DNA from: Octopus sinensis | Lineage: Eukaryota | NCBI RefSeq assembly: GCF_006345805.1 | Contig: NC_042998.1 | Span: 119,722,001 to 119,786,000, forward strand | Length of the DNA: 64,000 nt | Reading direction: 5' to 3' | The notes under the pieces: model-generated | Database searches by the model: none | Seen by the model: only the letters and a program-made list of their open reading frames with translations | Told to the model about the DNA's origin: nothing | Translations under genes and position numbers: made by a program | Part shown: piece by piece, positions 61,799-64,000 of the stretch | Layout: each line of letters starts with the position of its first letter | Numbering within the stretch: position 1 is the first letter of the stretch

Positions 61799-63727
61799 AT
61801 GGTTTTATATATATATATATATATTTTTGCCAATGTTCTGAGCCGTGAGGATGAAAGACTTGAGGTATTTCGTGTTGCAAGACAGTGTGTGAGAGAGAAT
61901 CGTGATGTGGTAGGAGAGAAGTGTGTTCGCATGGATGATGGTTCACTTGCGCTAAATGAGGATGCAAAGAGAGAGGTTTGGAGATGCCACTATGAAAGGT
62001 TGCTGAATAAAGAAAATGAATGGGATAAAGAGAGTCTGCCGAATGTTGACCCAACAGAGGGACCAGCTATCCGAGTTGATAGTTCCGTGGTAGCTAAGGC
62101 AATTAGAAGCATGAAGACAGGGAAAGCCCCAGGCCCATCAGGAATTACTGCAGAGATGCTCAAAATATCTGGCAGTGTCGGCTATAACCTAGTCACCCGT
62201 ATAGTCAACCAGGTGATACACGAAGGAGTCATACCCAATGACTGGTGTAGCAGCATACTAGTCAACTGCTACAAAGGTAAAGGTGATGCCCTGGATACAA
62301 ATAATTACAGAGGTATCAAGCTGTTGGATCAGGTAATGAAGGTTACGGAGAGGGTCATAGCCCAACTAATTAGAGAGAGAGTTAGTTTAGATGAGATGCA
62401 GTTTGGGTTTGTCCCAGGGAAAAGCACCACTGATGCTATATTCCTGGTAAGGCAGCTGCAGGAGAAATACCTAGCCAAAGATAAGCCCCTGTACCTGGCT
62501 TTCGTTGACATGGAGAAAGCCTTTGATAGGGTCCCCCGATCCCTCATCTGGTGGTCAATGAGGAAACTAGGGATAGATGAATGGCTGGTGAGGGCTGTGC
62601 AAGCCATGTACAGAGATGCCGTAAGTAAGGTTAGAGTTGGCAGCATGTACACAGAAAAATTCAAGGTAGAGGTTGGGGTCCACCAGGGTTCAGTACTCAG
62701 CCCCCTCCTATTTATCATAGTCTTCCAGGCAGTTGTGGAGGAATTCAAGACAGGTTGCCCCTGGGAGCTCCTCTATGCTGACGACCTCGCTCTAATCGCT
62801 GAGTCACTATCAGAACTGGAGGAGAAGTTCCAGGTGTGGAAGGAGGGTTTAGAATCGAGGGGCCTTAGAGTCAACCTAGCTAAAACCAAAGTACTAATAA
62901 GTAGAAAGTTAGAAAATCCACAAATATCCTCAGGAAGATGGCCCTGCTCGATCTGTAGAAAAGGTGTAGGTAGAAACTCTATAAGATGTACCCAGTGTAA
63001 GCTATGGACACATAAGAGGTGCAGCAATGTCAAAGGTAGGCTAACTGGGAAGATAGTTTTTGTATGTGGCAGATGCTCTGGAGCATTGACCTCCGAAAAT
63101 CTGCAGAAAACAACTTCCGTCACTTTCCGGGGGGAAAAACTAGAAGTAGTTGATAGCTTCCGCTATCTAGGTGACCAAGTCAGTAGTGGGGGCGGGTGCG
63201 CTGAAAGTGTAACTGCTAGAATAAGAATAGCCTGGGCAAAGTTTAGGGAGCTCTTACCTCTGCTGGTGACTAAAGGCCTCTCGCTCAGAGTAAAAGGCAG
63301 ACTGTATGATGCATGTGTACGAACAGCTATGCTACATGGCAGTGAAACATGGGCCGTGACTGCTGAGGACATGCGTAAGCTTGTGAGGAACGAAGCCAGT
63401 ATGCTCCGATGGATGTGTAATGTCAGTGTACTTACTCGACAGAGCGTTAGTACCTTGAGAGAAATGTTGTACCTAAGAAGCATCAGTTGTTGTGTGCAAG
63501 AGAGACGATTGCGCTGGTATGGTCATGTGGCGAGAATGGATGAAGATAGGTGTGTGAGAAAGTGCCAATCCCTAGCAGTTGAGGGAACCCGTGGAAGAGG
63601 TAGACCCAGGAAAACCTGGGACGAAGTGGTGAAGCACGACCTTCGGACGTTAGGTCTCACCATGGAAATGACTAGAGACCGAGACCTATGGAAGTATGCT
63701 GTGCGTGAGAAGACCTGGCAAGACTAG
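61799..63727 (+). CDS. RTE reverse transcriptase ORF (endonuclease missing; PHD-type finger inside the RT)
   Basis: KAPGPSGI, NYRGIKLL, QFGFVPGKST, DMEKAFDRV, GVHQGSVLSPLLF, YADD, FRYLG, GSETW, RLRWYGHV, RGRPRKTW. The first ~9 codons come from the flanking (TA)n. Confidence 0.85.
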   Translation: MVLYIYIYIFANVLSREDERLEVFRVARQCVRENRDVVGEKCVRMDDGSLALNEDAKREVWRCHYERLLNKENEWDKESLPNVDPTEGPAIRVDSSVVAKAIRSMKTGKAPGPSGITAEMLKISGSVGYNLVTRIVNQVIHEGVIPNDWCSSILVNCYKGKGDALDTNNYRGIKLLDQVMKVTERVIAQLIRERVSLDEMQFGFVPGKSTTDAIFLVRQLQEKYLAKDKPLYLAFVDMEKAFDRVPRSLIWWSMRKLGIDEWLVRAVQAMYRDAVSKVRVGSMYTEKFKVEVGVHQGSVLSPLLFIIVFQAVVEEFKTGCPWELLYADDLALIAESLSELEEKFQVWKEGLESRGLRVNLAKTKVLISRKLENPQISSGRWPCSICRKGVGRNSIRCTQCKLWTHKRCSNVKGRLTGKIVFVCGRCSGALTSENLQKTTSVTFRGEKLEVVDSFRYLGDQVSSGGGCAESVTARIRIAWAKFRELLPLLVTKGLSLRVKGRLYDACVRTAMLHGSETWAVTAEDMRKLVRNEASMLRWMCNVSVLTRQSVSTLREMLYLRSISCCVQERRLRWYGHVARMDEDRCVRKCQSLAVEGTRGRGRPRKTWDEVVKHDLRTLGLTMEMTRDRDLWKYAVREKTWQD

Positions 63728-64000
63728 TGAAGCCATAATCCGTGGCCCCTACCTGGGACGTAGTCAGTCCACCTGTGCATACCTTCCTTCTTGTGACACT
63801 TGTGAAGACCTGTTGAGGCAAGTGAGAATCGAATCGAATCAAATCAAATCAAATCGAACCAAATCAAAATAGATGAACATCAATGGAATTTGTATCCTTG
63901 TGGTACCAGTGCCGGTGGCACATAAGAAAACCATCCGAACGTGATCGTAGCCAGTACCGCAACGACTGGCCTCCATGCTGAGGGCACATAACAAACACCA
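61826..64000 (+). mobile_element. Young 5'-truncated RTE LINE running off the window end
   Basis: Uninterrupted ORF to 63727 followed by the 3'UTR shared with many copies in the window. Confidence 0.95.

Overview
AT-rich, repeat-dense eukaryotic DNA with abundant (TA)n microsatellites. The SINE and LINE families suggest an octopus/coleoid cephalopod (inferred, not proven). I assembled one spliced protein-coding gene by hand on the + strand: 10 coding exons, 30310-45626, 568 aa. It encodes an HP1BP3-like protein with three linker-histone (H15) globular domains, plus an unexpected N-terminal RFX-like winged-helix domain. One of its introns has U12 (minor spliceosome) signals. A CpG-retaining putative promoter/5' exon region lies at about 18-19.5 kb. 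The rest is mostly transposable elements: RTE LINEs (one 5'-truncated copy with an open ORF that has a PHD-type finger inside the RT), two CR1-group LINEs, a Tx1/L1 fragment, two mariner elements, two solo LTRs, non-autonomous Helitrons/HINE, SINEs and a piggyBac-like MITE. At 54.7-56.8 kb there is a cluster of minimal hammerhead-ribozyme motifs in Penelope/retrozyme-like repeats. Most short ORFs in the supplied track are microsatellite or antisense artefacts.
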